From: Thermoproteus sp.
GTDB taxonomy: Archaea; Thermoproteota; Thermoprotei; Thermoproteales; Thermoproteaceae
Reading direction: 5' to 3'
Assembly: GCA_049976425.1 (NCBI GenBank)
Contig: JBMFIG010000002.1
Span: forward strand, 32,001 to 96,000
DNA: 64,000 bases
The first letter of the stretch is position 1, and each line of letters begins with the position of its first letter. The notes under the pieces were generated by a model. The model saw nothing but the letters and a program-made list of their open reading frames with translations, was not told the origin of the DNA and did no database searches. Positions 28,091 through 37,493 of the stretch are shown one piece after another. A program made the translations under genes and the position numbers.

Positions 28091-30562
28091 CTATCTTTCA
28101 AGCCGCGCCAGTCTGTCGAGTAGCTTCCTGTACTCGTCGCGTAGCTTCTCCACCTCCTCCCGCAACCTCTGGTACTCCGCCCCGCGATCCATGGCCTTCC
28201 TGATCTTGTCGGCGGCCTCGCGCGCCATCCTCCTAATCCTCCCGTCCACGTCCCTCTCAGCCCTTTCCTGGAGATCTGGCAGAAGCCTCGCGTCCATTAA
28301 GTCCAAAGCCGCCGTCACCGCGGCTGCCCTTATGCGGTAGTTCTCGTCGCGGAGCGCTCTGCGCAACGTCTCGAGAACCTGCGGCCTGGGGCCGAACTTG
28401 GAGAGCGACTGGACAGCCGTCATCCTGACCCACGTCGGCTTGTCCTCGGCGGCATAGCGCAGGACCACCTCAAAGGCGTTATCGCTCCCGAGCTCGGCGA
28501 GCCCCTCTATGGCGCCTCTAGTCACCACGTCCATATGCCCGCCGTACTCCAAGGCCTTCTTGAGGCTGTGTTCGGCGAACTCCCACTTGATCCTCCCCAA
28601 AGCCCTAGCCGCCTCGTATCTGACGTAGTAGCTCTCGGAGCCGTCGTGAAGCACCTTGTCCAGAAATTCGGCGGCCTCGCGCCGCCTCGCGTTGCCCAGC
28701 GCCTCCATGACGGCGCGGCGGGCCCTCGGGTGGCGCAACTCGCGGTAGGCCTCCATCAACGCCTTGACGGCATCTGCCGTGCCTATGGCGCCCAGCGCGC
28801 GGGCGGCCTCGGCTGCGACGCCCCAGAACTTGTCGCGGAGCGCCTTGGCGAGGAGCTCCACAGCCCTATTGCTCCCGTTCTTCCTCAGAGCCTCCACGGC
28901 TTGTAGCCTGCAGTACAGATGTTCGTCGTCCAACATCGCGCCGAGCACCTCCACCGGGAAGTTGAGCTCCACGACCTTCAACAGCTTGAACTCGGGGTCT
29001 ATGCAAACGTACTTAGGCCTCTCGCCCAGGGGCACCTCCAGGCGCTTCTCCGAGAAGTTCGCCGCGATTCTATCGCGCCGCCCGTCCTCGTAGACGACGT
29101 CGATCTCCAGCGGGAGGGTGTAGACGGGGAAGCTGTCGTCGGGTTGCGTCTGCTCGAGGATCACCCTCACGCCGTTGTTCTTGTTCCAAGACGCCTTGAC
29201 GACCGGGTGGCCGGCGGAGTAGAAGAACTGGCGCCACAGCCACTCGAGATCTCTGCCGCTCGCCTCCTCGAGGGCTTTCCTCAAGTCCTCTATATCGGCG
29301 TTCTTGTACCTGTGGCGCTCCAGAAACAGCTTGAGCCCTCTCCTAAACGCGTCGTCGCCCAGCAAGCTCCTGATCATGTGCAACACCACCGACCCCTTCT
29401 CGTAGGAATGTCTGTCGAAGACCTCCTCGGGTATGGCGTAGAGGTTGGTCACTATGGGCCTGGCGTAGCGCGTGCCGTACTCGTTGAGGTACGCCTTTAG
29501 GTTCAAGTAGATCTCGTAGAGATATTCATCACGGCCCTTGGAGCGCTCGGTCCAGAGAGCCTCTATGAACGTCGCAAACGACTCGTTTATGGATATGTGT
29601 CCCCAGTCCTTTGCCGTGACCAGATCGCCGAACCACTGATGGGCCATTTCGTGGGCCACAAGCGGATCGGAGGAGAAGTCCTCCTCGGCGCAGGGGAAGT
29701 CGCCGTAGGGGCAATGTGCGTGCTTGTCGTGCAGGGTCCAGTCCGTGAGTATAGTAAATGTTGCATTCTCCATACCGCCATATACGAATTCTTGGACGAC
29801 CACTTGGGCGTAGCGCTCGTACGGATAGGGAACTCCCAAATACTCCTCGAAGAACTTCATTATGTTGCAGGTGTTCCTGAAGCTGTACTGCATCGCCCCG
29901 GCGCGTCCCCTAGGTAGCCAGTATTCGAGAGCCACGTCGCCGCACTTATCCCTCACTATCTCGAAGTCGCCGGCCGCCAGCGCTATCAAGTACGGCGACA
30001 TTGGGTGTCTCATCTCCCAGATGAACGTCTGCCGGTCTCCGTCGTCCTTCACCTCGACGAGCACGCCGTTGCTCCCCGCCACGTAGGGCTTGGGGACCGT
30101 AATGGACAGCTTCCAGGGGAATTTTATGTTGGGCGTGTCGGGGAGGGGGAGCCAGTACCTATTGTCCTCGCTCTCTCCCTGCGTCCAGGCCATGGGCACC
30201 CTATAGGGGTGGTGTTTGTCCGGTAGGACGAAGTAGATGCCCTTGCGGGGCCTCGCCCTATACCTTATCTCGAACTCGGCCTCGCGGCCCGCTGGGAGGT
30301 CCAAGTGGAGCGTTATCGTCTCCCCGTCGTAGGAGTAGCTGGTCGAGGCGCCCAGCACCTCGAGCTCCACCGCGTCCAGCGCCACCTTGCGGAGATCCCT
30401 CTTGGCCCTTACCCTATACTTCACGACGCCTTTTACCTCGCGGTTCCAGAGGTCGATCTCTATATCTGCGTCGAGCTTTAGCACGTCGAAGTCGTACTGT
30501 CGCGGGAAGCGGGGGACGTATTCGGGAAAGGCGAAGTCCCTCCCCAACAAATACCTAGTCAT
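28091..30562 (-). CDS. M1 family aminopeptidase with C-terminal HEAT repeats and coiled coil
   Basis: GGMEN, HEMAHQWFG...NESFA and YEKG motifs; HEAT repeats (VRYEAARALG). Confidence 0.93.
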   Translation of the reverse strand: MTRYLLGRDFAFPEYVPRFPRQYDFDVLKLDADIEIDLWNREVKGVVKYRVRAKRDLRKVALDAVELEVLGASTSYSYDGETITLHLDLPAGREAEFEIRYRARPRKGIYFVLPDKHHPYRVPMAWTQGESEDNRYWLPLPDTPNIKFPWKLSITVPKPYVAGSNGVLVEVKDDGDRQTFIWEMRHPMSPYLIALAAGDFEIVRDKCGDVALEYWLPRGRAGAMQYSFRNTCNIMKFFEEYLGVPYPYERYAQVVVQEFVYGGMENATFTILTDWTLHDKHAHCPYGDFPCAEEDFSSDPLVAHEMAHQWFGDLVTAKDWGHISINESFATFIEALWTERSKGRDEYLYEIYLNLKAYLNEYGTRYARPIVTNLYAIPEEVFDRHSYEKGSVVLHMIRSLLGDDAFRRGLKLFLERHRYKNADIEDLRKALEEASGRDLEWLWRQFFYSAGHPVVKASWNKNNGVRVILEQTQPDDSFPVYTLPLEIDVVYEDGRRDRIAANFSEKRLEVPLGERPKYVCIDPEFKLLKVVELNFPVEVLGAMLDDEHLYCRLQAVEALRKNGSNRAVELLAKALRDKFWGVAAEAARALGAIGTADAVKALMEAYRELRHPRARRAVMEALGNARRREAAEFLDKVLHDGSESYYVRYEAARALGRIKWEFAEHSLKKALEYGGHMDVVTRGAIEGLAELGSDNAFEVVLRYAAEDKPTWVRMTAVQSLSKFGPRPQVLETLRRALRDENYRIRAAAVTAALDLMDARLLPDLQERAERDVDGRIRRMAREAADKIRKAMDRGAEYQRLREEVEKLRDEYRKLLDRLARLER

Positions 30563-30677
30563 GGCACGATGAGGAGTCTAGGTTTAAAGCATTCCCTACA
30601 ATGGCGTTGCGGAACCTCGGCGATCTGCGAACTGGGCTCAGGCCGTATACTTTTTAAATCGCGCCTCTCGCCAATGC

Positions 30678-31793
30678 GTGATCGACAAGATAAAGCCGCA
30701 GACGGTGGGACAGGAGCGGGCTCTCAACGCGTTGTCCGATCCGGAGAACGAGATAGTGGGCCTCTTCGGCCCGACCGGCACAGGGAAATCGTTGTTGAGC
30801 ATAGCGTACGGGATCTCCTCGGTGCAGGGAGGCAAGTATAAGCGGTTCGTAATAGCGAGGCCCATCGTCGACGTCTCCACGGGCCGCGCGCTGACGCCTG
30901 AGGATCTCGGCGAGATGTACTACAAGCTGGCGGCCGTATATCTCGAGGATATCTTGGGCGAATACGCCACGCGGGAGGAGATAGAGAAGCTGTTGAGGGA
31001 GGAGACGGTCATAGTGACCGACGTGAACTACCTGAGGGGCAGGACCTTCGACGACACGGTCATATTCCTCGACGATGCCCAGAACGTCCAGCCTGACAGC
31101 GCGGCCGAGGTCCTCATAAGGCTGGGGAGAAACAGCAAGCTCATAGTGGCGGGCGATCCCGTGTTTCAGCGGAGCGAGGACGGCGCGGACGGCGCGACGC
31201 TGTTGAGGGAAGCCTTGCTCGGCGAGGAGAAGGCCGTGGTCGTGGATCTAGGCGTGAAGGACATCGTGAGGCCGGGGGCCAGGAGGGGGATAAAACTAGC
31301 CCTAGAGCTGCGCATGCGTAAGCGCCGCCTCACCGACTCGGAGAGATACGTGCACGACGCTTTCAGGGTCTACGCCCCCGATGCGGATGTCATAACCGCT
31401 ATAGAGTTCAAGGCGGACAAGGAGTCCCTAGGCATAAAGGGCGATGTCCCCGACGCCCTTGTCTTCGTGAAGGAGGGCCACTTGGGCAGGGCGGTGGGCA
31501 GAGGCGGCGAGCGGATAAAAAACGTCGAGAACGACACAGGCCTTAGGTTGCGGCTCGTCGAGATGACGCTCGATTTCAAGAACTGGATAAGGGCGTTGCA
31601 CCCCGCCGGCTGGATATCGAAGCACATACTCGACGTGGACTTCGCCGGCCCCGAGCTACTGGTGACAGTTAGGCGGAACGAATTCGGCGCCTTTGTAGGG
31701 CATAGAGGCGCCTACGTGAGGCTTATGGACCGCGTCTTCAGAAGGCTCCTGTCCATAGGCGTCCGCGCAGTGGAGGCCGAGGAGGAGAAGTGA
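30678..31793 (+). CDS. PhoH-family ATPase with C-terminal KH-like domains
   Basis: GPTGTGKS, YLRGRTF, DDAQN and GD motifs; GRGG and GHRG KH-like loops. Confidence 0.9.
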   Translation: MIDKIKPQTVGQERALNALSDPENEIVGLFGPTGTGKSLLSIAYGISSVQGGKYKRFVIARPIVDVSTGRALTPEDLGEMYYKLAAVYLEDILGEYATREEIEKLLREETVIVTDVNYLRGRTFDDTVIFLDDAQNVQPDSAAEVLIRLGRNSKLIVAGDPVFQRSEDGADGATLLREALLGEEKAVVVDLGVKDIVRPGARRGIKLALELRMRKRRLTDSERYVHDAFRVYAPDADVITAIEFKADKESLGIKGDVPDALVFVKEGHLGRAVGRGGERIKNVENDTGLRLRLVEMTLDFKNWIRALHPAGWISKHILDVDFAGPELLVTVRRNEFGAFVGHRGAYVRLMDRVFRRLLSIGVRAVEAEEEK

Positions 31794-32068
31794 AGATCCG
31801 CCTTCATATATTTATAAAGGGCGAGTTGAACCTGCCCGGCGTGCCGTTTAGGCATATAATGAGGGACGTGGCCAGGAGGAACAACGTAACTGGCTGGGTG
31901 CGTTTCGTCTCGGACGACGTGGCCGAGGCCGTGCTCGAGGGCGAGGAGAGAGACGTCGACGCGGTGCTTAGGTGGGCCTACGCGGGCCCGCAGGGCACCA
32001 AGGTCAGGGAGGTCGAGATATTGAGGGAGGAGTACAGAGGCGAGTACGGCGATTTCAAAATCCTATAG
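31790..32068 (+). CDS. Acylphosphatase-like protein with degenerate motifs
   Basis: GVPFR...GWVR...EAVLEG...GP...F fold pattern. Confidence 0.75.
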   Translation: MKIRLHIFIKGELNLPGVPFRHIMRDVARRNNVTGWVRFVSDDVAEAVLEGEERDVDAVLRWAYAGPQGTKVREVEILREEYRGEYGDFKIL

Positions 32069-32665
32069 CGGCCGCGGGGCTGTCAGAATCCAGTAGAGGG
32101 CTAGGTATAGGGCGAAGCCAAGCGCCATGTGCGCGACGTAGGGCACTCCGTACTTAGCCAACACGTAATCCCCCTCTATCCTCTCCGGCGGCTTGTACTT
32201 CTCGAGGTCTTTGACCTCGCCGATGATGTACCTATGGCTCCGCCTCAAGGCCTCCTCGCGGGGTATGCATATGTGGGTAAGCCTCTGGGCGAGGGTCATC
32301 TTGCAGGGTTTTCCCCTGTTCGCCAGAAATAGCCAGATGGAGGTGCCCAGGATCGATATGCCGGCGCCTAACACCACGACAGCCGGCGTGGGCAGTACGG
32401 GCGAAAACGGCGGGAATAGGGACAACGCGATTATCGTGAGCGAGTCTGCGTATCCGCTGCCGGTCAGCCGCATGGCCAGCGCCAATATGAGGCCCAGTAT
32501 AGGCGACATGAGGTACAGCGGCGTGCCTCGCGAGAAGTACGCGGCGGCGAGAGCCGGCGGGAAGAGGAGGGCGACGACCCAAGCGTCTATCTCCCTCGTC
32601 TTTATGTCCTGGTACGACGCCAGGCCTAGGACGGCCAGCTCCGCCAGGCCGAGCTCCAACATCAC
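32063..32665 (-). CDS. Prepilin peptidase (A24, PibD/ArlK-like)
   Basis: SYQDIKTREID (first Asp), GSGYAD (GxGD-like second Asp) and C-terminal YGVPYV; multi-TM. Confidence 0.8.
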   Translation of the reverse strand: MMLELGLAELAVLGLASYQDIKTREIDAWVVALLFPPALAAAYFSRGTPLYLMSPILGLILALAMRLTGSGYADSLTIIALSLFPPFSPVLPTPAVVVLGAGISILGTSIWLFLANRGKPCKMTLAQRLTHICIPREEALRRSHRYIIGEVKDLEKYKPPERIEGDYVLAKYGVPYVAHMALGFALYLALYWILTAPRPL

Positions 32666-33561
32666 GGAAGCCTCCTCTTCAACTCGTCTATTCTGGGAGT
32701 CCTCAACGGGTCTATTCCTCTGCCCAATGCTATCTTCACCGTGGCTACTCCGACGTGTTTTAAGAACGTCAAAATCCCGCCGACGGTCATAGGCACCTCG
32801 AAGACCTCGCCAGACAGTAGATCGACGGTGAGCTTCACCCTCATCCTGTGCTCGGCCGGTATATCGGGGCTCGTCAGAGCCATTATGGGACCCGAGGCGC
32901 CCTCTATCCAGTTGTGGTGGGCCTCGGGCAAGATCTCCACCAGGGGATCCAGCTTTGCGTTCTCGTTCACCTCGTTCTTGACCCTATAGGCGAGCCCTTG
33001 CATAGAAGCAGGCGCCACTATAGTCGGCCTCGCGCCTAGGATCTTGATCAGCCTGTCGACGAGCCCCTCGTCGTAGGGCAACGAGGAGGGCACGTCGAAG
33101 TCGATCCCGTAGATCCTCTTCAAGACCCATAAGGCCGCGGTCAACATCTGCGGCAGGGCGGCGCGAGGCGCCGAGGCCTTCGGCACCTTGACCACGGGCA
33201 CTCCCATCTCCGCCAGCTTGCCGCCTGTAGTTATGGCGATCACCGGCATGCCCCGCCTCAAGGCGGCGGCCGCGGCCGTGAGGGTCTCGGCAGTGTTTCC
33301 CGAGTAAGACACGGCGAGCATGAGGCCGTCCCTCCCTCTGAAGAAGTAGTCCTTGACGACGACCGCCTCGAAGGGCCATTCCCGCACCGTCGATAGGTCC
33401 CTTATCAGATCCCCCACGACGCCGGAGCCTCCCATCCCCGCCACGTACAGTCTGTCCGCCGGCGCCAGCCTATAGACGCGTCCCTCGTGCCGGTACTCCT
33501 CGGGGAGATCGACCCCGGACCTAATCACGTACCTCTCCCAATTCAGATAGTCGTCCAGCAC
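32662..33561 (-). CDS. Bifunctional phosphoglucose/phosphomannose isomerase
   Basis: GMGGSG, SYSGNT.ET, PRAA, NENAK and PEAHHN motifs. Confidence 0.93.
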   Translation of the reverse strand: MLDDYLNWERYVIRSGVDLPEEYRHEGRVYRLAPADRLYVAGMGGSGVVGDLIRDLSTVREWPFEAVVVKDYFFRGRDGLMLAVSYSGNTAETLTAAAAALRRGMPVIAITTGGKLAEMGVPVVKVPKASAPRAALPQMLTAALWVLKRIYGIDFDVPSSLPYDEGLVDRLIKILGARPTIVAPASMQGLAYRVKNEVNENAKLDPLVEILPEAHHNWIEGASGPIMALTSPDIPAEHRMRVKLTVDLLSGEVFEVPMTVGGILTFLKHVGVATVKIALGRGIDPLRTPRIDELKRRLP

Positions 33562-33599
33562 GTGTCAGTTATGCCTAATTAATATATGCTAGTCTCTCT

Positions 33600-35555
33600 G
33601 TGGAGTTTCGCGTCGTCGTTAACGGCGTGGAGATCGTGAGGGAGTGGAGCTGGGATAGAATATCCAAGGTCAAGGAGGAGTTGAAGAGAATGGGGTTCCG
33701 ATGGACCGGCGGCGGGTGGGTGGGCAGATTGAGGGACCCCGCATCCCTATATGCGCTGAAGGCTTTGCTCGACCTAAAAGACGAGGAGCTGGAGGAGGTC
33801 TTGAAGGCAAGCGGCCTCGACTCGGGCGACGCGATACTGGTTGTAGGCGACATCCCCGACCGCCTGAAGCCCTACGTCGTGGCCTCCTACGGCTCCTCAC
33901 ACCTCGTATCTGCGACTAGGTTCATCAGAGACTTCGTGGCCTCGGACAAGAAGGCTATCGCCGAGGCTCTATCCTACGACGAGTACGTGCGCCGCGCCGC
34001 CGAGGAGTTCAAGGCCTTGGTCGGAGGCATGGAGGTTAAGGGCGATCTGGAGGCCGTCGTGAAGAACGCCGTGGAGATAGCTCTCGGCTCGGAGCGCCTT
34101 AAGGCGCTTTACGAGAAGCGGACGGCGTGGAGGCGCGTGGAGCTCTGGCCTACGAAGGCCGTGCTGAACTTCGCCGGAAGGGAGCTGTTCGCCGAGCTGG
34201 GCAACTTCAAGCTGGCGTACAACATCGTCGGGAAGGACGGCGAAGTGAAACAAGTTTTTATAAAACTTGTTAGAGCATCAAGAGAAAATGATAAAGTAAT
34301 AATAACATATCCAGTATTTATTAGAGATAAAATTTCTGAAGTGTTAAGAAAGTATGGTTATATTGTTGTAAAGAAAGATTTGGAATATAGACAAGTCCAG
34401 TATAAACAGAACATATCGCTCTATGATTTCCAGAAGCGGGCTGTCGACAGCTGGGAGCGGGCGGGCAGGAGGGGCACCATAGCGGTGCCCACCGGCGGCG
34501 GGAAGACCTTCATAGCCATGGCCGCCTTGGCCAGGGCGTCGACCACGGCGCTCGTATTAGCGGTTACGCAGGAGCTGGCCGCCCAGTGGGCGGAGCGGCT
34601 GAGGCGGTATCTAGGCGTGAGCCCCGGCATGTTGGGCGCAGGCAAACACGACGTGAGGGACGTCACGGTGGCCATATACAACTCCGCGGTGAAGTACGTC
34701 GACGAGCTGGTGGGGAAATTCGGCGTGGTTGTGTTCGACGAGGCGCACCACGTGCCCGCCGAGACGTTTAAGGAGATAGCGCTGGCCCTCGACTCGCCCT
34801 TTAGGCTTGCTATATCGGCAACGCCCAAGCGCGAGGACGGCAACGAGCTGTTGATATACGAAGCGGTCGGCCCCTTGGTATATAGAGCTACATACACTGA
34901 GATGATAGAGGCGGGTCTGGTCGTCCCCGTGGAGCACTATAGGATATATATAAAGCCAAGTCCTGAGGAGGAACAAGAGTATAGGTCGGCCCAGGCTACT
35001 ACGGACAACGCCATAGTCTTGCGGAATATAGCGTCTCAGATCTCGCCGAAAATCCCTATAGCCGTCGAGATAGTGAAGAGGGAGGTGGCCTTGGGCCACA
35101 AGGTGCTGGTGTTTACCCAGTTCCTGGAGCAGGCAAAGGCCATATACGATAAGTTGCGCGAGGAGTCGATACGCGCCGAGCTGATAACGTCGGAAGAGCG
35201 CGACAGGAGCTCTGCCTTCTCTCGTTTCCTCTCAGGGATCACGAAGGCCGTGGTAACCACCACAGTGCTTGACGAAGGCGTGGACGTGCCTGATGCGGAC
35301 GTCGCCGTGATAGTCAGCGGTAGCGGCTCCAAGCGGCAGATGTTGCAACGGGTTGGGAGGGTGGTAAGAAAGGCCCCGGGCAAGTCCGTGGCGCGGGTGT
35401 ACGAGCTGATAGCTAGAGGCACCATAGAGGAGGCGCTGTCGGAGGCCCGGCACGTGGACGACGTGATAGAGGAATCGGTATGTAGGAAGTTCTCAGAGCA
35501 GACCTTTAGGGAGTTCCTGCGTTCGACGAAGCTCACGGATTTCAGGAGCTTTTAA
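33600..35555 (+). CDS. SF2 helicase, XPB/Ssl2-like, with long N-terminal extension
   Basis: LYDFQ, PTGGGKT, DEAHH, SATP, DEGVDVP and QRVGR motifs. Confidence 0.9.
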   Translation: MEFRVVVNGVEIVREWSWDRISKVKEELKRMGFRWTGGGWVGRLRDPASLYALKALLDLKDEELEEVLKASGLDSGDAILVVGDIPDRLKPYVVASYGSSHLVSATRFIRDFVASDKKAIAEALSYDEYVRRAAEEFKALVGGMEVKGDLEAVVKNAVEIALGSERLKALYEKRTAWRRVELWPTKAVLNFAGRELFAELGNFKLAYNIVGKDGEVKQVFIKLVRASRENDKVIITYPVFIRDKISEVLRKYGYIVVKKDLEYRQVQYKQNISLYDFQKRAVDSWERAGRRGTIAVPTGGGKTFIAMAALARASTTALVLAVTQELAAQWAERLRRYLGVSPGMLGAGKHDVRDVTVAIYNSAVKYVDELVGKFGVVVFDEAHHVPAETFKEIALALDSPFRLAISATPKREDGNELLIYEAVGPLVYRATYTEMIEAGLVVPVEHYRIYIKPSPEEEQEYRSAQATTDNAIVLRNIASQISPKIPIAVEIVKREVALGHKVLVFTQFLEQAKAIYDKLREESIRAELITSEERDRSSAFSRFLSGITKAVVTTTVLDEGVDVPDADVAVIVSGSGSKRQMLQRVGRVVRKAPGKSVARVYELIARGTIEEALSEARHVDDVIEESVCRKFSEQTFREFLRSTKLTDFRSF

Positions 35556-35569
35556 AGGCGTGATAAGTT

Positions 35570-35839
35570 GTGGAGATCGTCGAGGAGTACCTCTATCTAT
35601 TGCTGGAGGCTGTAGCGGCGGCGGTATTTATGGCTGTAATAACTATGGTAGGCGAAGGGCTAATAAAAGATATTATGTTAATATATAAACAGAGTTTACA
35701 AGATATAAAATATATGCTAAATATAATAAAACATGAGAATATTATATAATATATTGTTAATAATACTAATATTGTTTCTGCTGTGGATTCTTGTGCAGGT
35801 AGGAAATATCGTGAGTACAATGACTATACTTTTTATTAA
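35570..35839 (+). pseudogene. Small membrane-anchored protein with an in-frame TAA at 35747-35749 (or a 59-aa ORF plus a 36-aa ORF)
   Basis: Manual translation from GTG 35570: VEIVEEYLYLLLEAVAAAVF...KHENII*YIVNNTNIV...YTFY*, ending exactly before ATG 35840. Confidence 0.4.
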
Positions 35840-36109
35840 ATGATATCACAAATTGAGGTTATATATGTAATTATTATATTGATCTTATCTTTATTTATAT
35901 TTGTTTTATTTTCAAAAGTTGCTCAATCGTTATCGTTTGACAGGTATATATTTCTTCTCTCATTATATGCTAGATGTGGTAAAATCTATAATTATACATA
36001 TTATTCCAATACATATTTAAATAATACTGTGCTTATTTGTATCAATATTACGTCGATTAATGGGAACCTCACGTATTCGGTCAGTTATCTGGTAGCCACA
36101 CGGCCGTAG
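35840..36109 (+). CDS. Small AT-rich membrane-anchored protein
   Basis: N-terminal TM helix and four N-x-T sequons in 89 aa. Confidence 0.6.
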   Translation: MISQIEVIYVIIILILSLFIFVLFSKVAQSLSFDRYIFLLSLYARCGKIYNYTYYSNTYLNNTVLICINITSINGNLTYSVSYLVATRP

Positions 36110-36111
36110 TT

Positions 36112-36159
36112 TCGGTTCGTCTAGCCTCTTCACCGATCGTCCAGGCCAGACCTCCTCAT
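36112..36159 (-). ncRNA. C/D box sRNA candidate
   Basis: Minus strand: C ATGAGGA, guide GGTCTGGCCTGG, D' ACGA, C' GTGAAGA, guide GGCTAGACGAA, D CCGA; a GC-rich islet in AT-rich intergenic DNA. Confidence 0.6.
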
Positions 36160-36362
36160 CCGCTTTTCGTCTACACCTCTTCATTAAATCTTGATGCGAG
36201 CCGACTCGCATAATATGCTATTATATTGAAAACTTAATATAAAACAGCTAGAACATTTATTAAAAAATAAAATAAGCTCTTTTAGTTACTAAGATATTGT
36301 AAATAGAATACAAATAGTAAAGAGAGCAAGTAAGAATTAAAAAGGTATCCAAGGGAGGGGCC

Positions 36363-36704
36363 ATGGCCGAGCAGAGGGATCTATCCCAATACCAGAGGGT
36401 GGTGATCGACCAAGATCTATGTATATCATGCGGTGCATGCGTTGCCGTATGCCCCTGGCAAGCCCTTGAGCTGGACGAGAACGCGAAGGCGCGCCTGATC
36501 TGGGAGAAATGCTACGACGACTTCAGTTGCGTGGCGGCATGTCCCGTGAAGTGTATATACAAGGCCAGCGAGGCGCCTGACGACGCCAAGAAGAAGCCCA
36601 ACTGGTACAGATTAGGCAGACAGTTGAGCCCCGACGAGCAGAAGATACTGAACGACTGGAAGGCGAAGTTCGGCATACCGGTGGATCCGTTGCCTCCGAG
36701 CTGA
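36363..36704 (+). CDS. Dicluster ferredoxin
   Basis: CISCGACVAVCP and CYDDFSCVAACP motifs. Confidence 0.92.
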   Translation: MAEQRDLSQYQRVVIDQDLCISCGACVAVCPWQALELDENAKARLIWEKCYDDFSCVAACPVKCIYKASEAPDDAKKKPNWYRLGRQLSPDEQKILNDWKAKFGIPVDPLPPS

Positions 36705-36728
36705 AATTTTTAGGCGTGTAGAAGTTCG

Positions 36729-37493
36729 ATGGAAAAGATTTTTCAGATCGCCGATCTGTTAAACAGATCCAACTGCGCGGTAGCCCTTACAGGCGCCGGC
36801 GTGTCCACAGCCAGCGGCATACCAGACTTCAGAGGTCCCCAAGGCATCTGGAGAAGCGTAGATCCCTCCAAGTTCGAGATCTCGTACTTCTACCAAAACC
36901 CCGACGAGGTCTGGAGGTTGTTCATCTCGATCTTCGTGCCTAAGGGAGACGTCGTTCCCAACGCCGCGCATAGGGCCCTGGCGCAGCTGGAATCCATGGG
37001 GAGGCTGTGCGCCGTCATTACTCAGAACGTCGACGGGCTACATCAGGCGGCCGGGTCCGTCAGAGTCGTAGAGCTACACGGCTCGGTCAAGTACGCGGTA
37101 TGTACAAAATGCGGCATGAAGTACACGCTCAGCGAGGTGCTATCGACATATGACGGCTCTGCGCCCAGGTGTAGGGTCTGCGGCGGTGTCTTGAAGCCCG
37201 ACGTGGTGTTCTTCGGAGAGCCTCTGCCCCAGGAGGCGTTCAATGAGGCCGTATTGCTCTCGGAACTCGCCGACGTCTTCATGGTCATAGGCTCCTCGCT
37301 AGCCGTGGCGCCGGCAAACCGACTGCCGTTGATAGCTAAGAGACATGGGGCGAAGATCGTGATCATAAACTCCGGGCCTACCGAGATGGACGAAATAGCC
37401 GACATAGTGATCGAGGGGAGGGCCGAGGAGATACTTCCCAAGATAGTCGAGGCCCTAAGAGCAAGCTATAGCGAAGGGGCTTCTCGACACTAG
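36729..37493 (+). CDS. cobB: NAD-dependent protein deacetylase (Sir2 family)
   Basis: GAGVSTASGIPDFR, TQNVDGLH, HG and two CxxC motifs. Confidence 0.95.
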   Translation: MEKIFQIADLLNRSNCAVALTGAGVSTASGIPDFRGPQGIWRSVDPSKFEISYFYQNPDEVWRLFISIFVPKGDVVPNAAHRALAQLESMGRLCAVITQNVDGLHQAAGSVRVVELHGSVKYAVCTKCGMKYTLSEVLSTYDGSAPRCRVCGGVLKPDVVFFGEPLPQEAFNEAVLLSELADVFMVIGSSLAVAPANRLPLIAKRHGAKIVIINSGPTEMDEIADIVIEGRAEEILPKIVEALRASYSEGASRH

